Below the pieces are notes generated by a model. It was not told where the DNA came from and searched no databases. It was given only the letters and a program-made list of their open reading frames with translations. A stretch of DNA of 64,000 nucleotides from Chrysomallon squamiferum. Taxonomy: Eukaryota > Animalia > Mollusca. The stretch spans positions 17,236,001-17,300,000 of the forward strand of contig CM022674.1 in the NCBI GenBank assembly GCA_012295275.1. Reading direction: 5' to 3'. Position numbers and translations under genes: made by a program. Shown here in pieces: positions 1 through 11,775 of the stretch (positions are counted from its first letter, which is position 1; every line of letters starts with the position of its first letter).

Positions 1-2599
1 ATCTTCTGAACTCACATTTTTGTCATCCATATTCCATGAGCTGTAAAAAATAATATAATGATGTTTTATATAGAAAGGAAGAAATGAACTGTTTTATTTG
101 CTTATTTTATTTACTTTCATATTGGTCAGACATAAGATTTAGGAACAGTCAGATAACAAAAACAAAGAAACCTACTGCAGTCACTTCACTCTCTACTCTG
201 TCTTATTAACAACAAGTGATGTTTTATTTATACCTACCCACAAACAGTACAAACTATTGCACACATCAGGTGTTAAGCACTGCTAAAATGAAAACAGCTC
301 AAGATTCCATCAGCAGGAATTGATCTAAATATATACTACACCTTGCACACTTTACTAGAGACCTACATCTAGTACCTTCTATTAATACTAGCATTGACTC
401 ATAGACCGTATTCTCAATTTGGTTCTATAAATAAATGCCTGGAACATTTTTATAAAGAATCAAATAAAATATGCTTAAAATAAATATACTCATTCTTTAA
501 AAAGAGGTCTTTGATCATGTTATTTAGAAATACTCAGGAAAACACAATTTCACAAACCTAAAAACATAGTTCTAATTAATTAGTCTTACCTCATTTTGGA
601 TTTGTTCTCTTCCATCTTCTTAGGGGTTGGTGATGGGCTGACTGGGGCAGGTTCTGGCTCTGGGTTCCTGTGTTTCTCAGCTGTTCTGCTGCTCTGATTT
701 ACTAGTGTTATTCCACATTTTTCTAAACATTACAAATATACATGTTCAGATAGTTCTGGATTCAGATTCATGTGAAGCATCATATTGATAATATTATAAT
801 CAATTCCTATCTTAGTTTTGTCAGACCTATTACTAAATTATATAAACAATACAAATATAACTATACAATGAACATTTTTTTGAAGTAATATTCTTAGTCT
901 TGTCAACTGTACTAAATTATTTTATATAAACAATACAAATTAAAATATCACAAATATACACCTGAACATAATGAGTGAAAACGTGACAAGTAATTACAAA
1001 GTTGTGATGACTGACAACAGAATGATGTTCTATGTTTCTGAATGAGAGTTACAACTGATTTCACTGTGAGAGACCAGTGTATGATGTTTCATTGTTTTTC
1101 TTAACTGCAGCATGCTCAAATATCAGATTTTGAACTCCAGTGTTTAGCACATCTCTCATTCAGTGTCAACTTGGCACAATGGTGAACATCATAAACACAA
1201 AGATGACACAAAATAAGAATGCATTCCACAGTTATGCCTCAAACCTACAGGACAACAGCTTGACAACAATTACAGTCATCAGTCCATTAGTGAGCTCAAC
1301 ACTCTACATCCAACCTAATTTTGTAACTCTTCAAGCCTTGGCCAATCATGAGTCCAGCACATTTGTGGCATCAGTGAGCATTTTATGCACACAGTGGAAG
1401 TGGAATCAGCTTAGAACTGGGAATGAGTTTAGTTGACAATTTGACAAATCCAACTTTTAACTGAAGAGATGAGTTGGATCCTACAGGCTGAATGTTTACT
1501 TGTCACTGAATCCTTTAACTACAGATGTAATCTAGAGACACTAAGCAACATATACTCTCTGAAACAGATTTCTTAAACTATTTCTTTAACACTTCAGCTC
1601 CACAGTTTCGAATAATGTGTTTGGTGTTAAATACTACTTGGTAATTATATGACAAAAGAGTTATTTCAAAAATCCTATGTCCAATACTGGGATGCTTAAC
1701 ATTTCTTCAGGTGTATACTATATTTTCACTCTCTTATGTTCTGTTTGTTGTTGTTTTGTTAGTATCTCTAATCATATTTACTTGTATTAATTTAAATCTA
1801 AAAGTATTTCATAGCTTATTTACTTATTTAGTACTGTAAGTTCTTAAAATTATTTTTTTTTGGAATAAGTCAATATGAACATATCTAATACTTTATATCA
1901 GGCTGACAAAACTGTTACATCTATTAAATAAATATTCTGTCTCTTTGTATATAAACACACTTTGAGTATTTGTAGACTTCAGCTTTTAATAAACTGCTAT
2001 ATTCTTCATACCAAATCTTGGTTACTTCATGATTTCATGTTAATTTACAGACACATTTTATTTGTGCAGTGTTTGAAACTGTCATCTTAATACACCAGCA
2101 ATACAGTAGTGACATCTATGAATAGTACAGTGTTCAACTATTATCATATGTACAAAGACTTTCTTTATTTACTATTTATTTTTCAAAGATGATTTCTCCA
2201 CACCATATATATGTATGTATTTGTAAAAAAAATAGAAAATAAAATAAATGTTTTAAAGTAATTCCATGCAGTTACATATGATTCTAGAGTAATTATAATA
2301 ACCTGTGATTGTGTTTGAGTATGTATTCCTTCACTTAAATATTAAATGTAAATAAATTTTCAAAATAATAATAATAGTCATTACTCTATTATGTTTTTAA
2401 ATTATTTACAGATAACTGAATCATAATTTTTCTACACTAAGTATAATGATTTATATCAGATTGAAGATATATATACACAAACACACAGCTGCACTGGAAA
2501 CAAATATTTTCTTCACTATGTCAAGACAAAAGGGGTAAAAACTGCTGTATTCAAAATGTTTGGATTAAAGTTAGTGTCACCTAACTGGGGTTCATTCAT
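1..2599 (-). CDS. 5' coding exons (2599-2581, 722-590, 40-<1) of a second copy of the STAND-ankyrin gene; runs off the left edge
   Basis: Canonical AG/GT sites with compatible phases give MNEPQL|EKCGITLVNQSSRTAEKHRNPEPEPAPVSPSPTPKKMEENKSKM|SSWNMDDKNVSSED. These exons are homologous to those at 20424-20406, 18555-18423 and 17867 onward. Confidence 0.6.
160..372 (-). mobile_element. Degenerate SINE-like dispersed repeat (other copies ~17985-18195 and ~62070-62260)
   Basis: Shared motifs among copies (caag(g/t)gat..t.tat, agcactg, cttta...ctacatc). Resembles, from memory, the reverse strand of a molluscan tRNA-derived SINE; strongly decayed. Confidence 0.4.
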
Positions 2600-3513
2600 T
2601 ACATAATACTTCTTCAAAACTGATTAAATATTTGAAGAAAGCAAAGAATATTCAGTGACTGAAAACATATCAACTTATTTTCTTTCTTAAATGAATTAAG
2701 TGACAGTTATTTTGTTATCTTGGAAAAGAAAAAGAACACTGATCAGAGTTTCCACTTACAAACTCTTCAGTAAGTCCTGTTACTTCATTTTTGAAATGTA
2801 GATAAATAAATAAATAAATAGCAACAAAGGAAACATTAGGTAACTAAGGTAAAAAATAATTTCATTTATTATTAACTATTTCTGGTATCAGACACAAATA
2901 TGAAATTTGCTTATTGAAGTCAGTGTAATATATTTTATGTAAAGGTTGAAAACTGTTACAGAAATAATTATAAGTAACAAACTACAACAAGAATGAAAAG
3001 TTATTTTTTAATAAAACCTGGACCTAGCCGGAGACTGGCTTTGACAACTAAAGTTTTATCAGTCTTGTACTGTACATTGCACACTTATAACATTACATTT
3101 TAATGTAACTCATTTAAACAAACAGAACATTTACTTACAATTCAGTTTAACCCATCTTTAGACATTAGCTGCTGTATGTTAAACCAGTTGTCTGTAACTG
3201 ACCATACAACTCTTCTGTCCTGTCAAAAGAACAATACAAAACTTACACACTGATTTACCTTGCTTCATAAAATAATATTACCAAGTAAGACTTTACTTTA
3301 TTATTATTATTATTATTATTATTATGACTATTGTAATGAAAGAACTGCTGCCATTTACCCAAAATATTAATAAAAAATAAAAACAAAAATAAAAAACAAG
3401 AATTAAACACCAAAATACTAAAATTAAAAATAAAATCCATAGCTGCAATTTTTCAAAATTAATTATCAAATCATTATATTGGCTCAGGATATGGATGATA
3501 ACCAAAATGGACT

Positions 3514-3713
3514 NNNNNNNNNNNNNNNNNNNNNNNNNNNNNNNNNNNNNNNNNNNNNNNNNNNNNNNNNNNNNNNNNNNNNNNNNNNNNNNNNNNNNNN
3601 NNNNNNNNNNNNNNNNNNNNNNNNNNNNNNNNNNNNNNNNNNNNNNNNNNNNNNNNNNNNNNNNNNNNNNNNNNNNNNNNNNNNNNNNNNNNNNNNNNNN
3701 NNNNNNNNNNNNN
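3514..3713. other. Assembly gap (200 N)
   Basis: Run of N; truncates the ankyrin array of the STAND gene. Confidence 1.
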
Positions 3714-6700
3714 CATGTTCCAGTAAAACGAAAACTAGTTTTGGTATATAAGAGGACTCATCTAGATCGTCAAGACAAACATCTAAATAGTAGTCTTTCA
3801 GATATGTAAACAGAAGAGTTTCACCTTTTCTGTTCTTAACATTTACATCAACACCTTTTTCAATCAGTGCTGTCACAATTTCTAGACTTCCATACTGAGC
3901 TGCCAAGTGTAAAAGAGAATTGTTATCATTGTCTGTTAAATTAGGATCAGCTCCTTGTTTTAATAAATCCAAACATATTTTGTATTTCTGAAACTTAAAA
4001 GCTGTAAAAAGAGGAGTTTCACCTTCTCTGTTCTTAACATTTACATCAGCACCTTTTTCAATCAGTGCTGTCACAATTTCTGCATTTCCACATTTAGCTG
4101 CCAAGTGTAAAACAGTATTGTTATCATTGTCTGTTAAATTAGGATCAGCTCCATGTTCCAGTAAAACGAAAACTTGTTTTGGTATATAAGAGGACTCATC
4201 TAGATCGTCAAGACAAACATCTAAATAGTAGTCTTTCAGATATGTAAACAGAAGAGTTTCACCTTTTCTGTTCTTAACATTTACATCAACACCTTTTTCA
4301 ATCAGTGCTCTCACAATGTCTAGACTTACATTCTGAGCTGCCAAGTGTAAAAGGGAATTGTTATCATTGTCTGTTAAATTAGGATCAGCTCCTTGTTTTA
4401 ATAAATCCAAACATAGTTTGTATTTCTTCAACTTAAAAGCTGTAAAAAGAGGAGTTTCACCTTCTCTGTTCTTAACATTTACATCAACACCTTTTTCAAT
4501 CAGTGCTCTCACAATGTCTAGACTTACATTCTGAGCTGCCAAGTGTAAAAGAGAATTGTTATCATTGTCTGTTAAATTAGGATCAGCTCCTCGTTTTAAT
4601 AAATCCAAACATAGTTTGTATTTCTTCAACTTAAAAGCTGTAAAAAGAGGAGTTTCACCTTCTCTGTTCTGAACATTTACATCAACACCTTTTTCAATCA
4701 GTGCTGTCACAATTTCTATGTTTCCACTTTCAGCTGCTAAGTCTAAAACTGAATTGTTCTCATTATCTATTATATTAGGATCAGCTCCATGTTGTAGTAA
4801 AACCAAAGCTACGTTTGTCTCATAAAAGGACATAGTTGGATTTTCAACAAAATAAAATTTGTTGAATTTCAGAAATTTAGTAAGAGCAGTTTCACCTTCA
4901 CTGTTCTTAATATTTACATCAACACCTTTTTCAATCAGTGCTGTCACAATTTCTACATTTCCATGTTTAGCTGCTAAGTGTAAAACAGAATTGTTATCAT
5001 TGTCTGTTATATTAGGATCTCCTCGTTGATTTAGTAAATAAAAAAGTATTTGGTAATGCTGAAACTCAACAGCTGTAAAAAGAGGAGTTTCACCTTGACA
5101 GTTCTTAACATTAACATCAACACCTTTTTCAATCAGTGATATCACAATTTCTGCATTTCCACATTTGGTTGCTAAGTGTAAAACAGAATTGTTATCATTG
5201 TCTCTTAAATGAGGATCAGCTCCTTGTTTTAGTAAATACAAAACTATTTTGTAATGCTGAAACACAACAGCTGTAAAAAGAGGAGTTTCACCTTGACTGT
5301 TCTTAACATTAACGTCAACACCTTTTTCAATCAGTGCTGTCACAATTTCTGCATTTCCACATTTAGCTGCTAAGTGTAAAATAGAATTGTCATTTTTCAG
5401 ATTACCGTCAGCTCCATGATCAAGTAAAACCAAAGCTATTTTTGTCTTAACAGAAGACATTGCTAGATCTAAATAATCTAATTTGTCATAATTCAGAGCT
5501 GTAAAAAGAGGATTTTCACCTTTCCTGTTTTTTACATTTACATCAACATCTTTTTCAATCAGTGCTGTCACAATTTCTTCATTTCCATGTTTAGCTGCTA
5601 AGTGTAAAACAGAATTGTTATCAATGTCTGTTAAATGAGTATCAGCTCCTTGCTTTAGTAAATATAAAGGTATTTTTGGTCTGTGACATGTCAAGGATAC
5701 ATGAAGAGGAGTTTTATGTTCACTGTTAATTGCATTTATTTGAGCACCCTTTTTTATTACTTCTTTCACAACATCTATGTGAATTTCAGAGGCTATATGC
5801 AATGCAGAATTCTTGTAGTAATCTGTTATATGCGTATCAGCACCATTTTCCAGTAAGAACAAAGCTACTTCCTTCCTGTTTCTCACAGCATTTACAGCTT
5901 CATGAAGTGGAATTTTTCCCTCAGTGTTTACTGCATTAACATCAGCATTTTTCTTTATTAGTGATTTTATCATATCTAAGTCACCACGGAGAACTGAAAG
6001 ATGGAGGGGTGTATATGAAGGCAACATGTCAAAATTAATTTTGACACCAAACAACATTTCAAATTCAATTTCTTCTTTAAACAATTGAATCAATTTCTGA
6101 TTAACAGCTACATTCACATTTGGATCAGCTCCTTTATCAAGAAGACACTGAACAACATCTGCACTGTTAAACATCACTGCCACTTTCAGTACCTGACTTT
6201 TCTTCCAGGTCTCATCTCCATCATTACATCTCTGCTCAATGAGAAAATTCACTGTATCAGTGGCTCCCCATACTGCTGCTGCTAAAAGTACTTTATCTCT
6301 GTTCTCATCATTTAAACAGTCAGGTTTCAGTTTTACTATTTCTTTTATAACACCTGAATTACTCTGAGAAGCAGCAACAACACCAATGTCTTTAACTTTG
6401 TTTATTATATCAATGGTAACCAGTTTTTTAAAAAGACGGCTAAGATCAACAACTTCTGAAGTCTTCGACTTCCCAAAATGCCATTTTCTTGAATTAAGTC
6501 TTACTTGTCTATGGAACCTAACCAATAACAGTTTAATGGCGTTTTCCTTAATTTCACTGTTGTGTTTCTCATTTTTTATTATTTCAGCTAACAGACATGC
6601 AATTGTCATATTACCTGAACAAATAGCAGCATGTAAGAGATCTGAATAGTCATTCAATTTCCTCTCTGTTTCACACTGTAAGAGTTCTTTGAGTATGGTA

Positions 6701-8342
6701 GCACTGTCTGTTTTTGAACAAGCAGCTACCCGCAATGTATCAAATGATGGAATAACACCTGCTTTTAGCAACATTCTCACAACATCTTCATCACCAAACA
6801 AACAAGAAATATTCAAAAGTTCTTTTTTCAGATTTGCTAATTTCATTTTACACAGATATTCAGAGAAAAATCTTGACAATGTTGTTAATCCGTTCACAAT
6901 ACACTCACTTTGAACAGATGATGAAATTTCAAAATATTTTTTAGTATCCAGATACATGTAAATAGAACTCTTTGAATAACTGTCAAGAAGACATGAAATA
7001 TTGCTAAATATTTCATCAAGATTGACTACGTTTACAGATGATATACACAAATGTTCATGTTTAGGTAGTTGTTGATGCAATATTTCAGACAATTTATTAT
7101 TAAAGTATTTCTCCTCTATCAGATACTTGACAAACTCTTCATCTTTCAATGATGGATGTGAAATAATGTCTTTGGCATTGCTTGATGCCAACAAGTCACC
7201 AAATCTCCGAGCAAGAACATCAAAGCAGTTAGGTTTTACAGTCATTGTAATGTGACTTTTGTTAGACACTCCAGGCGTCACAACATATTCTAACAACATG
7301 GAGACAGGACACATTTCTAGCAACTCTGCTGCTTTCTTTGGAAACTGTGATGAAAACGTCAGAAACAATGAGTCAAACACTGACTGGTGAATAAATGTGT
7401 ATTCATTGTCAGAACACTTCAAATAGGTACCACACATTTCATCAGCTGCCTTCTTTATAGCTGTGAGACCAGAGTTCAGACCAGTATTCAGACAGGCTTT
7501 CTCTAGCAGTCTTACTAATTTCATTATGTGACTGTCAGAGTCATTTTCAAATGGGTCCAGTAAATCAATGCTGAGACTGCCTTGTTGGAACAATATCAGC
7601 AGTAGAACCAGGTACTTTATCTGTGAACCAGGTAAGTTATCAGTTTTCAAATCTTCCAGTTGTTGTGTGAGATATTCTACAGGATTCTTAAAAAACGCAA
7701 CTCCTCTATTCTGTGCATCACTTGAATTAACATAATACACACACACCTGAGGAAATCCTAACTCTGTACATGAACAGGAAATCACTGTCCCTTTATCCCA
7801 TTCATTCATTGTAACATTCTTTTGTTTCAGATACTTGTTTAGAATTTTCGACTTCTCATCATAATTCAGACAACATTTATCGCTCTGCAGGTCAAGAAGA
7901 TTATTTTTATTGAAAAGATCAAATTCCTTCAAATTGGCTATAACTTCTCTAAATATTTGTTTTCTTAAAGTAATAATACATCTCACACGCTTATCTTTAA
8001 CAAGACTCCGCACCTCTGGAAATAGCTGTTTCCAGCACGACACAAAATCTAATACAAGATTAGTTTTACCAAATATGTCATCAATGAGAACAATACATGG
8101 TTTATCTTTAGACGCAGGAATGTATTTGAAATCAGAGTGATGAGTCATGATGTAAGAGTCTATTTTTTCTTCTTTCTCTATCTGTTTAATCATGTTCAGA
8201 CCTAGAGTTGTCTTTCCTGAACCTGGACATCCTACTACAATCACAACACCATTCTTTTTCAAAAGTGTTACACCTCTTTCTTCTGCTCTTGTTTCAACAT
8301 AGACTCTCCAGTCAACTGAGTTTAACTGTGACCTGGTAGACT
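3714..8342 (-). CDS. Giant exon of an NLR-like protein: nSTAND3-type P-loop NTPase, helical/winged-helix region, >20 ankyrin repeats (3' end lost in gap)
   Basis: Open frame >4.6 kb behind a phase-1 acceptor (gtgattcag|AG TCT ACC). Motifs: VYVETRA, Walker A GCPGSGKT (8232-8209), Walker B CIVLIDDIFG, sensor CIITLR, GFPQVC, FFKNP, YTFIHQSVFD. Then repeated GETPLFTA / NNSVLHLAA / GVDVNVKN / GADPN ankyrin motifs. Confidence 0.95.
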
Positions 8343-8624
8343 CTGAATCACAACATTAAAACAAAATAATATCTATTATTAACACCTTTTAAATATATTT
8401 TACTATTTAAATACAGATAATATAATTTTTAACTAGTCATCAGATGTGAAGTTTTAAAATAAAGCAGCAGTTATTTGCTATAATTTACTTGATCAGAATT
8501 TAATGACAATACCATGATATCACAGTTTTAGATGGTGTAAAAGTAACAATGATTACGTTCTTATAAATTAACATCTTACAGAAGTAAAAAAAAACTACTA
8601 CAATAAAATAAAATAAGATTATAC

Positions 8625-8657
8625 CTTTCATATGGGACGCTCGTTCATCAGTCTTTG
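8625..8657 (-). CDS. 33-nt phase 1-1 linker micro-exon of the STAND-ANK gene (KTDERASHMK)
   Basis: atcatttcag|CA AAG ACT ... ATG AAA G|gtataa; phase matches both the RHIM exon and the giant exon. Confidence 0.6.
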
Positions 8658-9921
8658 CTGAAATGATATAAGAATAAAACAAGTAAGTTTATATTATTGA
8701 TGATGAGCAAAAGAGAATTATTAAAGTGATATGTACTGTTACTTTGTACTTTATTCATGGAACAGTCAACATATAACATTATTATTATATCTTTCTGATT
8801 TATTTTACTATAATTATTACTACTACTATTAAAACTACTGTTGTTGTTATTTCTCACTATTCTAATACTTATTGTTCATATTATTATTATTATTATTATT
8901 ATTATATTCTTTAATGTTTTTCAGTAGTTGCAAGGGAAAATAATGACATATATTGGCTTGATTAATGTATGCTGAATTATCTTAATAAGAAAATCTAGAT
9001 AAGATTGATGGCACTTATAGTGTGTGTGTGTGTGTGCGTGTGTGTGTGTATGTGTTGCTGTGTGTGTGTGTTTGGGTGGGACGTCATAAGCACATAAGTC
9101 AAAAGTCCGCTGGCGTAACATTTGTTATTATGAATGTTATTTTAATTATTATTTTATAAATATTAACAAATCATAAACTTCAAACATTTAGTTCCTAATT
9201 ATAAGCACTCCTAGGTAGTCCATGACTTCAGTTTCTTCAAATTGTCCATCGAGTGTTAGGAAGGCTGCTTTGGATCTCACAGATTTGGGAGATTTTTAAA
9301 TTACTGATTGGCCAGCATTAACATGTGTTATGACATTTTCCTAAGGAACTGTTCTTATTTAATTGATGCAGGATTATATTGTTCAATTTCACAACTTACA
9401 ATAATTATTTCTCAGATCCATATGTAGATAATACACTCCACACAGTATGAATAAAATGTGTCATTTATTAGTATTATTGAATAAAACAATGTTTTAAAAA
9501 ATGTGTAAAATTCTTTATATTAAATGTAACTTTTTGCGTTTTTATACATATATACTAATGAGTATTTGGATGCATATTCTAATAAACAGGCAGGAAGGTA
9601 AAACAAAAGTTTCTGTTTTTGACTTGTCAATTAAACATTTTTGTCTCATAATAGAACATTTCTAAAGTGAGATACATCTTAGTCACTCAGGCCAATGTTG
9701 TTTTATCCATGAACAATATATCATTGAGCATAGCACAAAATGTTGTACAATCCTCATGTGAACTAAATGGTCGTTCACACAATTTGTGCACTCTTGGTAG
9801 TGGGTAGGCATGTATATATGTATGTATTATGTCTGTGTTTGCATGTGTCGGTCATACTGTTTGATGGTAAAATACTACCGATCAATGTTATTGATTAAAA
9901 ATGTTTTGATTTTTAACTTAT

Positions 9922-10008
9922 TGGTTTTCACAGCTTCATCTCCTGATACAGTATTTCTGTTAATTGATAGATTTGTATCTGTTCTCGTATTTACATTACA
10001 TTCTACCA
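9922..10008 (-). pseudogene. 87-nt pseudo-exon with a broken donor (VECNVNTRTDTNLSINRNTVSGDEAVKT)
   Basis: Strong acceptor ttctttttctttttgcag, open phase 1-1 frame of 87 nt, followed by ATAAGTT instead of GTAAGTT. Confidence 0.45.
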
Positions 10009-11092
10009 CTGCAAAAAGAAAAAGAAGTTATTTAAAGTCAGAGCCTACAAGTGTTATTTCTAAAACTGTCTGTAGCTACATGAAGAGCATACAGTATCAG
10101 AAATGTGTGTGTGTGTTTATGTGTGTGGCTGTTTGTGTGTTGTTTTGCATATATCACCAGCTATTGCTAAAACATGCATACTGACATAAGATAATGAAAA
10201 TGACAATTTTAGAAGCAGTTTCTGAAAACAAAGGTGAGAAAAATATCTAACTGCAGAGAATGTCACATATGACAAGTGGGCTTTGTGTTCTGGGCAACAT
10301 TAATGGGTTCAAGAAATTTAGTCAGTGTTTAATTTAATGAAAAATAAGTAATTTTGATATGGTAAAATTTAGCTATGTAGTTGCTAGAGGTCAGCACTGT
10401 AGTAAAATGACTTCTAAATAATTACTGAGTGAGATTGGTGATGTCAAGTTGTCAGTTAATGAATTATGTTTTAATTGTGTAGTTCACTGCTGTTTTATGT
10501 TGCACCCAATAAGATCATGTGCACCAAAACAGGATACAATTTCCATCAACTTTACAAATACACATACATACATATATGTATACACACACACACATATATA
10601 TATACACACATATATTTACATACATATACACATATACATACATATAAACATATACATACTTATAAATATATACATACATACATACACACACATATACAGA
10701 CACACATACATACATACATTCTTCTCTGTACTTTAATCCTAAAGTTTATGACAATAAAGTCATTGTCATTGTCATTGTGACACTTGTAAAGAAAAGTTGT
10801 GGCACTGTATAATAACACAATCTCATAGAAAGGCAGTCATCAACAATGAAAAGTCCAACTATATATACAAAACATACAAAATATGTAACACGTATGTGTG
10901 TGTGTGTTTGTGTATATCTGTGTGTGTATGTGTATATATATATATATGTTAGAACATACAAACCAAACTCTTAAGTACACGAAGTACATACACTGTTATT
11001 AACTATATAAAAATTAGGATCTTTACTTTTGTATACCAGAAGATATTTTCCTAAGATTTTTCCTATCTTTCTTTCTGTTATTTTTATTATTG

Positions 11093-11146
<54 letters not shown>

Positions 11147-11523
11147 AAGTTTTAATTTCGTATTCTTTATTATCACTGTATATAGTAACAGAATTAAATG
11201 AAAAACACTGACTATTACACTAATATTATTGAAATTGACTGAATTAGTCCTTCATCTATAACAACCAGATGTGCAACAAATAAGAGACAAACACCCTTTG
11301 TCCATTTTCATCCAAAACAACAATAAAATAAAAAATAAAAAAAACTACTTTTCATTTTGGATGCTTGTCCATCGGTAAAGATTATAAAAATAAAACAAGT
11401 TTATATTACTGATGATGAGTACAAGAAAATGATTAAAGTGACCTGTACAGTTATTCATGGAAGTGTCAACATATAACATTATTATTATCTCTTTCTGATT
11501 TATTTTACTATAATTATTATTAC

Positions 11524-11712
11524 TGTTGTATTTAAATGGTGTTATAGTTAACATTGTTACAGTTTACGATGTTTAAGGGAACCGGAAGAAGGGACAGTAT
11601 TATATATGAAGTCACCGGGAGCATGCGTCAGTTTTGTTCGTAGCAATTTTTGAAACGAAATAAATTATTTGGAAATTAAATGAACTTTATGTTTTAATGT
11701 TAAAACATAACA
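11524..11712 (+). repeat. 5' LTR
   Basis: TGTTGTATTT...CATAACA; no difference from the 3' LTR seen by eye. Confidence 0.97.
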
Positions 11713-11714
11713 AT

Positions 11715-11732
11715 TGGCGACGAGGATGGGAT
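11715..11732 (+). promoter_or_regulatory. Primer-binding site complementary to the 3' end of tRNA-Ser(GCU)
   Basis: TGGCGACGAGGATGGGAT starts 2 nt after the LTR. Its reverse complement ATCCCATCCTCGTCGCCA matches the eukaryotic tRNA-Ser(GCU) 3' end as recalled. Confidence 0.85.
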
Positions 11733-11775
11733 AACACTTATTGAACTGTTTCCTGAAATTAACTATTTATGAAAT

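Larger units (their letters stand above)
1..3480. repeat. Segmental duplicate of ~17828-21350 (same orientation)
   Basis: Colinear near-identical sequence at an offset of ~17.83 kb (590 vs 18423; 3139 vs 20965), with scattered substitutions and small indels. Confidence 0.95.

Noticed and set aside
1140-1436. 98-aa plus-strand ORF conserved at 18973-19269
   Set aside because: Conservation is explained by the recent segmental duplication. It has a non-ATG start, lies antisense in an intron, and shows no recognisable domain.
3474-3809. ORFs spanning N runs (also 39719-40015) and the SPFWLSSIS C-terminus of the 1592-aa ORF
   Set aside because: Artefacts of translating through assembly gaps.
10449-11211. 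His/Thr/Tyr/Ile-rich and poly-Leu/Tyr/Ile ORFs here and throughout 24-46 kb and 58-61 kb
   Set aside because: Translations of (CA)n, (TA)n and (TTA)n microsatellites.
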